From assembly GCA_012295275.1 (NCBI GenBank), contig CM022668.1, forward strand, positions 7,936,001 through 8,000,000: a DNA stretch of 64,000 bases, in the 5' to 3' direction. Positions 1 to 14,537 of this stretch are shown here, piece by piece; position 1 is the stretch's first letter; every line of letters starts with the position of its first letter. Made by a program: the position numbers and the translations under genes. The stretch comes from Chrysomallon squamiferum (lineage: Eukaryota; Animalia; Mollusca). Below the pieces are notes generated by a model. That model had not been told where the DNA came from. It did no database searches and saw nothing but the letters and a program-made list of their open reading frames with translations.

Positions 1-597
1 ACTCTTGACATTTAAAATATTAATTGAGATTTGGATTTTCAAATAAACGGATCAATAACTTCGTTTCAAGCAGAAAAAAAAAAAAAAAAAAAAATAAAAT
101 AAATAAATAAATAAATTAAAAATTAAAAAGCAAAAGATTTAGTTATAGTGATGAGGTAATCGTTTTTTTTTTTTTTTTCTAGCAGAATGACATCACCAGA
201 GTGAGACTTCGTGTCGCCTGATTAAGTGTACATCTGTTGTGAGTCAGTGAGTGCACGTCTTATTGGTTTATGTAAGTCTTATAATCAGTTATTGCATGTT
301 TATGTACACATGTTCAACATAATACGTCCATTATTTTGTGCGACATAATCGTGCGTGTGCATGTGCATTTTCTATCAATACACACACAGGTAAGTACATA
401 CGTACGTGAGTACATATATCAGATCTACCGTGCTATATTCTGTTTTCTGAAGGTTTTTTTTATTTTTATTAAGGTGACACATTTTTCTATTCATTATATT
501 TTATTTGTTGTGTTTTTCTTCTATTTTCATTCTTCATTGATTACATTGGAGTGTTTAAACATGATAGGTCATTAGAGGGCGCTGTGACCTGTTTATA

Positions 598-782
598 CCG
601 TTCCGTCCAGTGCGCACGATAGATTTATGAGCGTTCGTGTTTATGGGTGAAAAAAACTCTTATAAAAGATCTTTAACAGCTAATGGAATTTTTTATAACA
701 TTGAATGACGACAGTGGGTTTTATGTCTATATCTGTATGATTCTTAAAACATATAACGTGTTCTGTAGTTAAATAAATAATT
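598..782 (+). mobile_element. Highly degenerate copy of the same SINE family (core and tail)
   Basis: CGTTCCGTCCAGTGCGCACGA...TATAAAAGATCTTTAACAGCTAATGGAA...GACGACAGTGGGTTT...ATATCTGT...GTTAAATAAA follows the same motif order as the element at 11167-11326 and the recalled consensus. Confidence 0.45.
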
Positions 783-1033
783 CTTCAGATCTGTTTTATT
801 ATCTCTTCACTTAGTGTTTGTGAGGATCTGTCTGTCTCTCCTGGTGACTTTATCATGTTCTGCTCGTCTTCTTCCAGTCTCTAGATACCTACGTCTTATT
901 TACGCTCTCTCTGTCTGTCTGTCTGTCTGTGTCTCTCCCTCTCTCTCTCTCTCTGTGTCTCTATCTCTCTCTTTCTCTCTCTCTCTCTCTGTCTCTCTCT
1001 CTCTCTCTCTTTCTCTCTGTGTGTGTGTGTGTG

Positions 1034-1068
<35 letters not shown>

Positions 1069-1108
1069 GTCTGTGTCTCTCTGTCTTTATTTTCTATTTA
1101 TTTCTTCT

Positions 1109-1145
<37 letters not shown>

Positions 1146-1851
1146 CATTTTCTCTGTAGAACAACGTCTTTTCTCACTGTGTCTAAGACTTTTTTGCTTA
1201 ATTAAAACAGATCTTAGTTAATTTCCGTTCCAACCAAATCGATTTCCGCTGACTGTGATAATGTTTTATATTTCATGTAATCAGCAACTTTTTCATCTTT
1301 AGATTTTTAAAATTTACTTATTTATTATTATATTTATCTTTTAATTGTTGTTGTTGTCGTCGTCGTTAATTTTTAATTTATTTCAAATCGTTTCAAAGTA
1401 ACTTTTCTCTTTTTAAAAATATTTTAATTTATTTCAAGTAAAGACGAAATATAAAAATCTGTAGCTAACACTATTCTTTTAACTTATTAGAACATTTTAA
1501 AGTTAATCAAAAATTAAAATAGACAACAAATTTTATATTATGATGTCATAACTGGAAGTTTTCAAACTCATAAATTATATTACAATTTGACAGAGAAAAA
1601 ATGTTTTAAATTTTATTTACTTCTGTTTTTATCGTGTTTTATCTCTTTTAATTGCAGTTAATATTATTTTTTAACTATAAAACAATTTTTCATACAATTA
1701 AAACAGGCTTCTAAAACAACTAATTATTCAGAATAGAGAATCCGAGATTTCAAACAGTGAAGGGAGTTATTAGTGTAGTTATTGTATCTCTGTAACTGTT
1801 TTTATTTATTTATTTCCTTTTTTATTTATTTATTTAGTTATTACTATATAA

Positions 1852-1905
<54 letters not shown>

Positions 1906-2648
1906 GTCGTTATTGTTGTTGTTGTTGCTGAGGCTGCTGCTGAAGAGGTACACCCCCTCCCCAAAACAATTCCACGAATAAAGTCCAGCAGTTTTTTCAT
2001 TTGCGATTTTCAACAACAAACTAGCATAAGGCCCCAATGAGGTATAAATACGAAAGGCCTATAAAAAGTTTATACCGTTGTAGGCCCTAAAGCTGTATTT
2101 AAAAAAAAGAGGCCCTTAACAGGTGCCTTTTCTGAAGTTAAAAGAAATGACTCGGAGTTTATGTTAACAACAAATAGATGTTATTTTTACTTCCTGTCCA
2201 AGAGTATAACAATTATTTAGTGATGAGGTCAGTGAACAATGCTAAATAAAATGAAGAAGAAAAAAAAAAAAACTTTTGAATAATCCAAATTAAACTAAAT
2301 CTACCGATACTGACAGTCACAACAATGTACAAATATATGAATGACGTTATCGGTGACGTCATATAACAATAATACACCAACATGTTTCTCAAGCACTTTT
2401 TGTCATCTTTAATACGTCCTTCTGCGTAAACGTGCACGTCACGTGGCACCTATCCCACCAATCCGAGTCCGTGTTTTCCAAAACATACACATATTAATTA
2501 CATGATACAATACAGGAGCTGAAATTTACCAGGACTCTCTAGAGAGATAAAATGAGATGAAAAGAAGAGAAAAGAAGGAATAATGTCATGATTTGAAGAG
2601 AAAGGGGAAAATCTTCTAGCTAAAAACAAGATGGCGGCAGGGAAGAGA

Positions 2649-2736
2649 TCACGAGTTCTGACTAGATCTTGCAAGGTTTGTAAGCGCCAGAGCGGCATCG
2701 ATCCTCTTCCTGTCCATCTCGTCCTCGTCTTCTTGT
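2649..2736 (-). CDS. Mkx: Mohawk homeobox, last coding exon (MRD3-like motif, stop TGA)
   Basis: Acceptor TTTCTGCTGCAG|, phase 2. Encodes QEDEDEMDRKRIDAALALTNLARSSQNS*, matching the Mkx C-terminal motif EINAAMALTNLA. TGA at 2651-2649. Not in the ORF track in this frame. Confidence 0.92.
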
Positions 2737-2858
2737 CTGCAGCAGAAACAACAACGAAAATAAATAAATAAATAAATAAATAAACAAGCATAGTCATGCA
2801 TGCATTAATGAGTGTGAAGATGTTAAAAAAACGAGGTTAGAAAGATAGAGGAAAACAG

Positions 2859-3461
<603 letters not shown>

Positions 3462-3471
3462 ATTTACTTAC

Positions 3472-3529
3472 ATGTATTTGTTTGCCGTCATGCTTCGTCT
3501 CTTTCTTGCAGTCACATCTACGTCAAACT
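3472..3529 (-). CDS. Mkx: Mohawk homeobox, coding exon 4 (58-nt small exon, E-FDVDVTARKRRSMTANKY-I)
   Basis: Acceptor TTCTTCTTTCAG|, donor AT|GTAAGT. Phase 1 to phase 2 is exactly what is needed to join exon 3 to the conserved frame of exon 5. Not present in the ORF track. Confidence 0.88.
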
Positions 3530-3698
3530 CTGAAAGAAGAACACAAATTTAACATTATTTATTTATTACATATACAAACATATCTACAAACATAATAAAT
3601 AATTCATGAAACACACACAGACACACAGTGTATATTTTATCAGATAGACGCATCATAATCTCACTTCTTTATCTCGCTCACAACTTCCTTATGTTAAT

Positions 3699-3788
<90 letters not shown>

Positions 3789-4074
3789 CTATCCATCTAT
3801 CTTTATAATTGCCTAATTGTTCCGAACGTGGTCGAATCTGACAATATAATCAACGAACAGGATTAACGAAGTGGCAGATGGTGCATAATGTGTTTTAAAT
3901 TGTTATTGTTTCGCTGATTCATTATCGTGATACGTTTTAATGTTAAATCTCTGATTATTTAATTATTTCTCACTGATACAACACAGCTGTTCTACGGCGT
4001 TAACCAGTGTGAATTTGCCTTAGGCAAAAGAAGCCAAAAAAATTAAAAATAACAATAATAACAATAACAATAAC

Positions 4075-4129
<55 letters not shown>

Positions 4130-4956
4130 TAAATAATGATAATAATAATAATAAATAAATAAATAAAATAAAATAAAATAATTATTGAAATAATGAAATA
4201 AAATAAAATAAAATAAAATAGAGAGAAAGTAATATATTAAACTATTTCATTACTACTGTATTTATAATAAAATATAAGAAAATAAAATAGTGTATTCTCG
4301 TGTCTACCCTTTTCTGAAATCTCAGCCCGCCCCTGCGCGTTTCTGTCACAATACCTGACAAGATGTCACCGTCTTCAAAGTGTTTGTGTTACTTTTAATA
4401 ACTTGCCGTGAATGATGAATCAGCATCGTGACGTCACGAAGGACGACCGCGCCCCAGTCACGTGGTCGGATAATAAAAATAATATTCGTAAATGAGTGGA
4501 ACCAGGCGGCACGGTAGTTTTGTGTGTACTTTTATAAACCGAGAATTTGATCAACTATTAAGAGTTTATTATACGCGTGGGTGCAAATTACGTGAGTTTA
4601 TGTGCCTTTTAATGTTTGAATATATGTGTGAGTCGAGTGCGTGTGCATATATGTGTGTGTACATGCCTCTATGTTTGAATGATTATATTGATATCTGTTG
4701 CTACATATATACATATATTTTATTTATTAATGTTCTTTTGTGCCAGAGGATAAATTACTCTTTCTATTTTGGTTTTTGTTTAAAGGCAAAAAAAAAAATT
4801 ATTATTATTATTGTTGTTGTTGTTGTTGTTGCTGTTGTTGTTGATGATGATGATGATGATCATGTTGTGGCGTTGTTATTATTGTTGTTGTTATCCTATA
4901 CAGCAGTTAATTAAACTAATGACGTAATCAGCCAGCAAACTCAAAACTCGGCTCAC

Positions 4957-5316
4957 CGTCAAAGAATTCCTTCTGCCGTTCGAGTGGTGACGAATTTGAT
5001 GACGTAGACATCTCCTCGTAGTCTCGTGACCCGAGAGATCCAGACGGCTTCCTGGAGCGCGTGGTAGGCACGCTGCGCTCCTCGAGGTCCACTGAGTGCT
5101 GGTAGTGGTCGTTCAGGTACCTCTGCAGGATGGTGTTTTTGAACTTCAGGTGCGAGCTGTAGTCGTCCGGGACGTGGAACGTGAACATGGACGTTCTTCC
5201 TGAGAGAGACGGGCTGCAAGCTCGAGAAGGCACAATGTCGTCTGATGAAGAAACTGATTGGTTGGCTGAGATCATTTCTGATTGGTCATTCGGGAATGTA
5301 GGAGGAGTCTGGTCAC
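4957..5316 (-). CDS. Mkx: Mohawk homeobox, coding exon 3 (MRD1- and MRD2-like repression motifs)
   Basis: Acceptor TTCTTTCTCTCCAG|, phase 1 to phase 1, 360 nt, donor G|GTGAGC. Contains LKFKNTILQRYLND (cf. vertebrate PKYKSSLLNRYLND) and RSRKPSGSLGSRDYEE (cf. RQRNHSGSFSSNEFEE); the vertebrate motifs are from recall. Confidence 0.93.
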
Positions 5317-6556
5317 CTGGAGAGAAAGAAGAACGATAATGATGATAATAATGATGATGATGAATGATAATAATAACAACAATAATAATAGAACTACTAC
5401 TACTGCTGCTAATAATAGTGATGATAATTAAAATTTAAAAAAATGATACTGATTATGATAATGATGATAATAAGATGAAACTGTTATGAGCAAAAGACAA
5501 ACAGATACATACAAACAGATACATAACAGTGGGGGTTTTTCTTTTTCTGTGTGTATGTGTTTATATTCGTGTGTATATATTTTTGTTTGTGTGTTTCTAC
5601 GATACGTTTTATTCACCATGTTATTACATAACTAATTATTCATGTTTATCTTTCTGTCTGTTCATTTATGCACCCACACACCAAGCAATGTTTAAAAACC
5701 CTCAGCCAGACAATGTAATGATTTGAGTTTGTGTCTGCACACGCGTACACATAATTACTCCCTCTTGTCCTAAACCTTTCTACAGATTTCTACAACGTTG
5801 TCAAGCCACGGGATTTCCTTAAAGGCCAAACTGCAGCTACTCTTACTTCAGTGGTTAATAATTCAGAAATAGCGACCGCGCTCGACGACGGAACGCGCTC
5901 CACTTCCCTCGGACCAGCTTCTCCGATACTCTAATTAACAGCGCAGCTTTGAGTAAATTCAATTTCAAACTTTTGTTTTCGACGTCGACGTGGGTTCGCT
6001 CGGTGCACGAGTGCTGTAATTAGCTTACGTATTCACGCAACGTTGGCGTCGTTTTAAAAAGGTGTCGATGTATATCGTACCTTTACAAACGTGTGTGAAC
6101 ATTCTAACGATTGACTCCCATGGCTGGGTGAGCTTAAGTAATAATTACAGCGAAACTTGTGACGTGAATAAATAAATCTCTCTTCAACCGTACCTAATCA
6201 GGCCATTAAAGTTTAATATTTATTAGGAAAATGGTGTTGTTATGTGTTATGTATAATAAATAATGGATCTTTGTTTCGTGTGAGCTGCTAGAGGTTATTT
6301 CTTCAGTTCGCTGGTTTCGTGGAATATAGGTCAGTTTTCTTCAGTGCATTCTACAGGTTATTTGTCAGATCAGCTATGTTCACAAAATGCTTGGACAGTA
6401 TTTTTTGTCTATGAGAAGGTTCATACAAAAATCATTGCTGCTGGTTAATAACAGCAGAAACAGAAGCGTTTTCTTTTCTCATATCATTATACAAAATATA
6501 GAAAATACTAATAAATAATAAAATATGTTCAGTTATATCGTTAATATATCCATTAG

Positions 6557-6649
<93 letters not shown>

Positions 6650-7461
6650 TTAATTATTATGTGCTAATTACAGTCTTTATCTCTGCTGGAGTGTCATTAA
6701 GTATTATTACTTTTTAGCTGAATGCTGTGACGACGACAACAACGGCGCTGAACGAAACGATGTATATTAGACCCATTAAACTGAAAGGAATCCTGCGAGC
6801 CGGTTCACGCCCATTTGCTGCAGTGAAAGGAGCCAAGGTACGACATTACGATTCACTAACCAGAACACGTGAATCAACTAACCGGCTGAATAGCGTGCGG
6901 ACACAAGCTGATAAAAACACGGCAGTCGTAAAAATAGACAGTTAGTCGCTAATGCAGAAATTAAAACGAGATTAATCATGTTGTACGTGTCAGTGCGACC
7001 CGGAACCGAGCGCAATGATCGGTGTTATATTTAGTGGTTGTCAAGGATATCGTGATGTAGGCAGATTGAAGGACGGGAAATTCTGGAATTGAAGGGATGA
7101 ACAGAAAGGCCGGTGTTTTCAACGGACGAGTGAAAGACTGAATGATTGAATAGTTGTTTACTGAAACCTTGATATATTTTAACTTTAATACTGGTGTGTA
7201 TGAAACAGAAAATCTACAGCGGCAATTTACTTTATCGCCGATCGCCAGAAAGTGAATTGTATGAGTGTCTGATAGCACCTACCACTTCTCTTGTTACCTA
7301 GCTCACGTTGATATTAATGTTTATTTAGACAGAAATACGAAACAGAAAAACTACGTCATCCACTGCTGTGATCAGCGGCTGGGGTAGTTTTTTAGTGTCT
7401 CATAGCAAATACAAGTTTCTTTGTTAAACCATTCATCTCAAACAGGAAATACCCTAGTCAG

Positions 7462-7532
7462 GGCGACGACAAGATTTGATCCTGTAATCAGTCAAGCGTC
7501 AAAAGTATGCTCAACCACTGAGGTAGCGTTCA
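7462..7532 (-). mobile_element. Degenerate tRNA-like SINE head
   Basis: Minus strand has A-box-like TACCTCAGTGGTTGAGCA and a T-arm-like hairpin ACAGG-ATCAAAT-CTTGT at tRNA spacing. No acceptor stem. Confidence 0.4.
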
Positions 7533-8707
7533 CTCCTACAGAGAGAGACGAGTACTCGGAAAAGAGAACTTTTGAAAGCAAACTTGAAAGCAGACGAGAA
7601 AAACTGTGCTATTGTAATTAGCGGGGCCCGGCGCCAAATTAAGCATCAGAAATCTTATTTCATACGCAGATGATGATTGTAACGTAGTGCAGACACCTCA
7701 CTTTTCGTGGGAACGAGAGTTGTTGTGGCAGACCACGAACGAGAAGTACATGAACTGACGTCAGTAGCAGGTGACGAAGTGAAAACGCGAATGTCGGGCT
7801 GTGTACCTGTAGCTGTTTGCTTGGAACGAAGTCAAGTGCGAGAGACAGACAGAACAGGGCGCGATGATGAATGAAAGATAACACTAATGTGTGAGTGAAA
7901 GAATGAAGAAAGGGAAGTATGAATTAAAATAAGAAATAAAAACAGATTGACAGAAAGAAAGAAAAGAGAAATAAAGTAATAAATAACGAAAAGAAAGAAA
8001 GAATGAATAAAAGTAAAGAAAGACAAAAGAAGCTGTGGTTTAAATAAGACATACAGACAGACAGACAGACCGACAAACAAACAGAAAGACAGACATAGAA
8101 AATACATTAGCAATTAGAGAGTAAGAGAAGGAAAGGGGGGGAGAGATATTCTGATGAAGCAAGTGATTATTCTTATCAGAAGAAAAACATATTTACAAGT
8201 GTACGAATTACACAGAAACGTGCAACAAATTATCATTATCTCCTGTAAGACTCCACTTGATTAACGATTATCGATATTTAATGAGATCCTGGCCTCGTTT
8301 GCGCGCAGTCATCAAATAACGTGCTAAGATCAGCAGAAATCAATCAGAACATAACAATATTTGTCAAGATTATACGTGTTTTCGTGGCGTACCCGTAGGT
8401 GATTGAATCGAGACTTTGTATCATTAATTAGGGTTAAGTAAATAAACATGCGCACACACACATACAACAAACTGTTCAACAGACGTGTGTGTGTGTGCAC
8501 GTGCGACCTGTGGCGTGTGTATAAATGGTGTATTACTGGTTATTGTGTTAGGTTTATCTTGCGAAGGTTAGAATGACCACCCACAGCGAGCCTCAGCCGC
8601 GCTATCTGCTACTGACTCAGAACAAATAAATAAATCTATTGTGAAACATGTATTTAACATGACAACACTAATTTGTTTTCTTATATCTGAAATGCCAGTA
8701 TAATTAC

Positions 8708-8762
<55 letters not shown>

Positions 8763-8948
8763 CTTGTTGTTTTGAAATAACAGTAAAGAGTAAAATGAAG
8801 AAGCCAGATAATGAAATAATAAAAAAAAAAATTAAAAATAAGAAAATAAAATTAAAAAAATTAAAAAAGAAAATAAATAACACATAAATAATAATAAATA
8901 TATACGATCAAATTAAGTAATTGAAAAGTATTAATAAGTTAGTAAACC

Positions 8949-8999
<51 letters not shown>

Positions 9000-11166
9000 A
9001 TAATAATAATAATCATAATAATATTAATAATAATAATAAGAAGAAGAAGCAGAAGAACATGAACAACAACATTACTACTATTAAAGTATAAAGATCGCTT
9101 GAAGAAAAATGCAAATTAAATCATGTTTTGTGACAGTAAAAATTTCCTTTTTTGCCCGATTCATCAACGTCAAGTCATTTTATTATTTTTGTAAACCTGT
9201 ACACGGCGCTGACGCAGACAACACCTGTACAAATTTGCATATTAAAAAGCCTCGCAGCGAGCATACAACAGCAACGGAAACAACGTCCCTATCTCCGACG
9301 TCATCGTACACAGGACTAATTTTGTCTGACATTTACAACTAATAGTACAGACACGATTCCAGACGTTGTGTTATAATTTCGTTTCTTGATTTGCGTAACG
9401 GTTGTTTTGCTCTGTTTTGTGATGTTTTTTGTTTTGTTTGTATAAATTATTAATGCTTGAACTGCCGTGTTTCACTGTACTTTTATATATATATATATAG
9501 CACATACATACATACGTCATTCATACACACACACACACACATATCCATAATCAAATATACATTTACCTACATACATATTTTTATGTGTATATGTCTGTGT
9601 GCTTTTATGTGTGTGTGTGTGTGTGTGTTCCTGTGTTGTTCCTGTGTGTGTGTCTGTGTGTGTGGTATGTGTATATGTGTGTTCCTCTGAGTGTGTGTTA
9701 TGTGTATGTGTGTGTTCATGTGTGTGTCTGTGTTTCTGTTTGTGTGGATGCACCTGTGTGTGTCTGTGTGTGTGTGTCTGTGTGTGTGTGATCTATGATA
9801 TCTGTACAAATGACAGAACCAGACACTTCTAATAGCTGCTGCTAAATGTTGATAACTGGACAGTCGCAGATGTCTATTATCAAAGATGACCCACAACAGG
9901 AGAATGGGTCATTTGAAGTCAGGACAGCACGACCCAATGTCCACTCAGTGTGTCCTGTTATTTCTGTAAATACTCGCACACGAAGGAAACTCGTATTAAA
10001 GTGGCTCTCTCTGTCAGCGAGGTTCTGACCTCATTTATATTTGGCAGGATTTCAAATGATTCTTTGTACGAATACACTTGAATAGATAGTGTTAGGTCAT
10101 CATGCCACAGTGACTCTAATTGGGGGTCTGAAGTTTACAAAGTATAATGTTCATTTCCCTTAGTGATGACACAGAACGATCTAACTCAAGTTACAGCAAA
10201 CGTTCACTTCTTTCTCACAGTCTCTTTAAAAACCCTGCGATGGATAAAACCTCGTTTTCGTGTCCATGAAAGCGTACTCGATTCAATAAGCTTACTGAAC
10301 CCGCTAGTTAATAATAATTTGTGAAGTCTCAGTGGTTACTTGATTAAGATAATCTTATTAAACTGACATCCTCTCTTCTACCTAATTACCCATTAAACTG
10401 TTTCCCGTTCTAAACATTGCTCCACGATTCGTGTATTAAACGTCATGGTATATTTTTTCCTATCTACAAGTAAAAGATCTCTGATAGTTTAAAAACTATA
10501 ACTAGCATCTAATTTTCTTTTATAATTTCCTTCCCACCAGTTTCCTTGTTAAAACCTTCTGTGTCCTCTTGTAATTATGAAAATATAACCCTGTTTGCTA
10601 GGTTGTCTGTCAGCTAATACAAACAAAATGTCTCGCGATATAAATCGAACAAAGCACGATTTTCGTTTTTGACAAATTTACTCTCAACTCGATCTTGGGC
10701 GTACAGCCAAACCGGTGCGGGAGAACTTGCAGAAAACACACACTGGGGTTAAACACCAAACCAGAGCGTTGCTATCATTACGCGATCAGAGACGCTTCAT
10801 ATAAAGATTGAGATAAGCAATTTTAATTAAGCAGTTAAACAATTACAGTTTACACTCTGTTTACTCAACGTCAGTGATCGCGGTTGTTGTGCCAAGCTGA
10901 ACGTGGTCAACAACGTCAGTGATTCTGGGACACAGAAAGCCGGGCTGCGAGTTCAGTTCACGCGGTGGTTAATTTAAATCAGACGAACGTTTTAATTAAA
11001 GCATTTTTTTCTATCTTTATTGTTTTCCAGACACTTGACATCTTGAAACTCACAACATTCTCATTAGCTAGAACATCGTGTATTTGCACGTTCGTCAAAG
11101 CGAGCGAGGGCAGAGCTGTGTTATTTGACGCTGTTTTCATGGGATGCTACTAGAACTGGGTTACTT

Positions 11167-11326
11167 GGGTTACTCTTTCCGATTAGCAGCAAAGAATATT
11201 TTATATGCACCATTCCACATACAGGATAGCAAAATACAATAACGTTTTTCTCACCAGTTATACAGTACAGTTTGGAAAGAGAAATAGTTCAATGTGTCAC
11301 CATGCGGGGTTGATCCGAAAATCCCC
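11167..11326 (-). mobile_element. Degenerate tRNA-derived SINE fragment with MetaSINE-like core
   Basis: Minus strand reads ...GCTATCCTGTATGTGGAATGGTGCATATAAAATATTCTTTGCTGCTAATCGGAAAGAGTAACCC, which I recall as the conserved core of molluscan Meta-type SINEs. It is preceded by a B-box-like GGATCAACCCC. The family assignment is from memory, not from a search. Confidence 0.65.
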
Positions 11327-11440
11327 AGCTTTAAGTGTACATATTTCAATGTACCACCAGCAGGAGTTGAACAGAAGAGCCACCGTACGTTTAACGTATA
11401 TAGTTCAATATGCAACCAGCAGGAGTTGAACAGAAGAGCC
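11284..11440. repeat. Three ~58-bp tandem units derived from the SINE head
   Basis: Identical 26-mer ACCAGCAGGAGTTGAACAGAAGAGCC at 11356-11381 and 11415-11440, plus a diverged first unit at ~11284-11326. Confidence 0.8.
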
Positions 11441-12240
11441 TTAAAGGTACTTTCTGTCACTGAATTCGTCCCGTGCCTCCTTCTACATACCAGACAAACG
11501 ACTGTAAGTGTTTTCTTGATGTGAAAAATGCTTAATGGTGAAATGGTTGGTCGTGTTGTTAGGATGACGAGAAATAACAAAGAGGAGACGAATGGAGCTG
11601 TCAGCTTCACGCTTTACGTTGATTTTTCTGTCTGGTAGCACAGAGTTTAGATTAATGTGCAGTCTGAGACGAACAAAAATAAAAAAGGTAAAAAGGAAAG
11701 GATGAACGTTTGATGAAATGGAGAATGAGTAAAAAGGATAGAAGGATAGAGGTTAACAACAGAAAGGAAAATTAGTATGATGGAATGAAAAAAGAAAGGA
11801 AGAATTTAATGAAAGGTAGAGGAGAAATAGGAAGAATGACAGGAAGGAAAGGTAAAAAGACGAAAAGAAAAAGGACATAGAAGAAACGATGGAAAGAAGA
11901 ATGAAAGAAAAACAAAAGATGGAAAAACGAAAGAAAATAATAATAAAAAAATAATGAAGTTAATGAAAATACTGAATGGTACAGGAATGAAAGGAAAATA
12001 AAGTAACGATACCTATGTTAAATTAATATTAAAAGTCTAGTTTATTTATTCATTCATTCATGAAATTAATGTATTTCTCTCGCATTCCGCGAAAAGCAGA
12101 TTATGAACGCCTCGTCGCTATATAACAAATGCAGGTAAATGAAAATAAAAATAAAAACTGAAATGTAAAGTATGACTTGATATTAAACAATTTCGCATAC
12201 CGATTTTTAAATGTATTCATTTTATACTCGTGTTACTTAA

Positions 12241-12300
12241 AGGAAGATACGAAATTATATTATGACGTCATAAAGTGATGACGTTTATTTTGTTTGCATA
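12241..12300 (+). repeat. Dispersed repeat, inverted partner at ~31570-31625
   Basis: Reverse complement TAAACGTCATCACTTTATGACGTCATAATATAATTTCGTATCTTCC versus TAAACGTCATCTCTTTATGACGTCATAATATATTTTGGTCTCTTCC. A second shared block AGGCGTTCATAA lies at ~12100-12111 and ~31676-31687. Confidence 0.8.
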
Positions 12301-12433
12301 ATTAATGAAGGAGAAGACCATATTAGAGATTTTTTCATTTATTAATATTGTTGTTGTTGTTGTGGTATCGTTACAATTAGAAATGATTAACAAAAGTGTC
12401 GGGCTATACCAAAAAATATGACAAATAATTATT

Positions 12434-12557
<124 letters not shown>

Positions 12558-13324
12558 GCCACACACACACACACACAACCACACAGTAACAAGTAGTCAG
12601 TACGTTGTTTTCATAGAAATACAAGACACAAAAATGGCAAGAAAAAGTAAATGTTCAGTGCGATATTGCGATTCACTCCCACCGCCAAAGCACACACTCT
12701 AATACTGTAGTAACATAGTTTGTATAATCTGAGTAGCCATCAATTCAGATCAACTTCGTTATATTAACTGAAAACTTTATCATTAAAAAAGAATGGTTGT
12801 ACGTGAAATTATCACAAAAATATATAATTAGCTGTTTGTGACCACGTATATATATATATATGTATATAAATATGTATGTATTCAGGCCATTTTCTATCAC
12901 AAACACACTTTATGTCATCAATCAACAAGATGATTTGAGCACGCCACACAGACGTTTCTTAATAACACTTGAAGTTTTCAACAACACGATGTAGCTCGCT
13001 GTTTTACGTCTGTTCCAGTCTACACGTCTCCCCTGCCCAGAGCAAGCAGTGTTCATAACACACTGTTTACCTGCCTCCACGCACAGGTGTTCACGTTCAC
13101 GTCGTATCTACGACCTGACGTTGTGTACACAGACATTTACACTCAAATACATGCGTGCATACATTTACATGATAGCCATGTTCGTACCACTTGTTAGTGT
13201 GTGTGCGTGTGTGCGTGCCCGCGATTCATCCAAAGTTATTCATATATTATATACATTATGCTTAACCTATATGGATACTTTTATATGTAATATATACATG
13301 CATACACTCATATTTATGTATTAA

Positions 13325-13404
<80 letters not shown>

Positions 13405-14537
13405 TAATTAATTAGTGTGCGTGTGTGTGTAGGCCCCCTATATCTCTTTAAATAGCTCTCTATACATTTACGTGTATCTTTCTGTCTCTCTTTCTTATTG
13501 TTCTCTCTACTTTTTCGTCCAGTTCACTCTCTCTCTCTCTCTGTCTCGCTGTTATTCACTCTTTTCCATTATCTCTCGCTAGCTCGCGCCGCTCAGTGAG
13601 CGCGCTTAAAGCAGGTGTCTATCGGCAGAAAAGGTCAGTTCGCTAAAAGATCATTTTCCCACAATCTCGGATAACAATAGAATCACGCAGAGATGTTAAG
13701 ATTGGAGAGCGCAACCCGAGGAAACACCCAAAGAAAAACAAAGAGAGAAGTTGTCAGAGAAAACAGAAGAATCTATCATTATCTACATTACATATGATGC
13801 TATTTATTTTCGTGTTTATGTCCACTTTAAGTTCAAGAACATTAGTGTAGTTGAACAATTCTGTGGCCTAAATAATTTACTGTATAAACCGACAGACTGT
13901 TATCTGTGAGAAAATAGAAAAACTGGTTTGAACGTAGCCATACGCAACTTTCTGTTAGACAACATAATTTTATTGTTTCTGTTTTATAGATGGGCTGAAT
14001 TCGCTGTTAAAGATGAAGAGATGGGACGAATGAATGAAGGAAGGAATGGTAGATAAGCAAACGAATGGACATAAAAATATATTTGACAATCTCGGCAGAC
14101 AAACAAACAAACAAACAAATAAATAAATCGTTCAAGGTAAAAACCAGCTTTGATAAGAAAGTCTTGTTCATAGTATAGATTGTATTATGGGAGGGATTTT
14201 CATTTATTGTAACTTCAAACGTAATTAACTTCATTATGTGACAATGAAACAATCTTTTAGGAACGAAGGTATGTGTGTGTGTGTATGGGTATTTATGTGT
14301 GTTCGCGTGTATTTGTGTGTATCTATGTATGTATGTATGTATATATGTATATATGTATGCATTCATCTATATATGTGTATATATATGTATGCATTCATCT
14401 ATATATGTGTATATAAATGTATGTATGTATGCATGCAAGCATGTAGGTATATGTATAGATGTAATGTGTCTTATATATAATGCACATATATGGAAAAAGG
14501 TGAAAGAAAAAAAAAAGTCTCGAAGGAGAAAAGTTAC

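Noticed and set aside
2498-2797. 99-aa ORF as an independent gene or as the true Mkx last exon
   Set aside because: Its N-terminus is (TTTA)n intron, and the conserved Mkx motif is in a different frame. It is relevant only as a possible exon-skipping frame.
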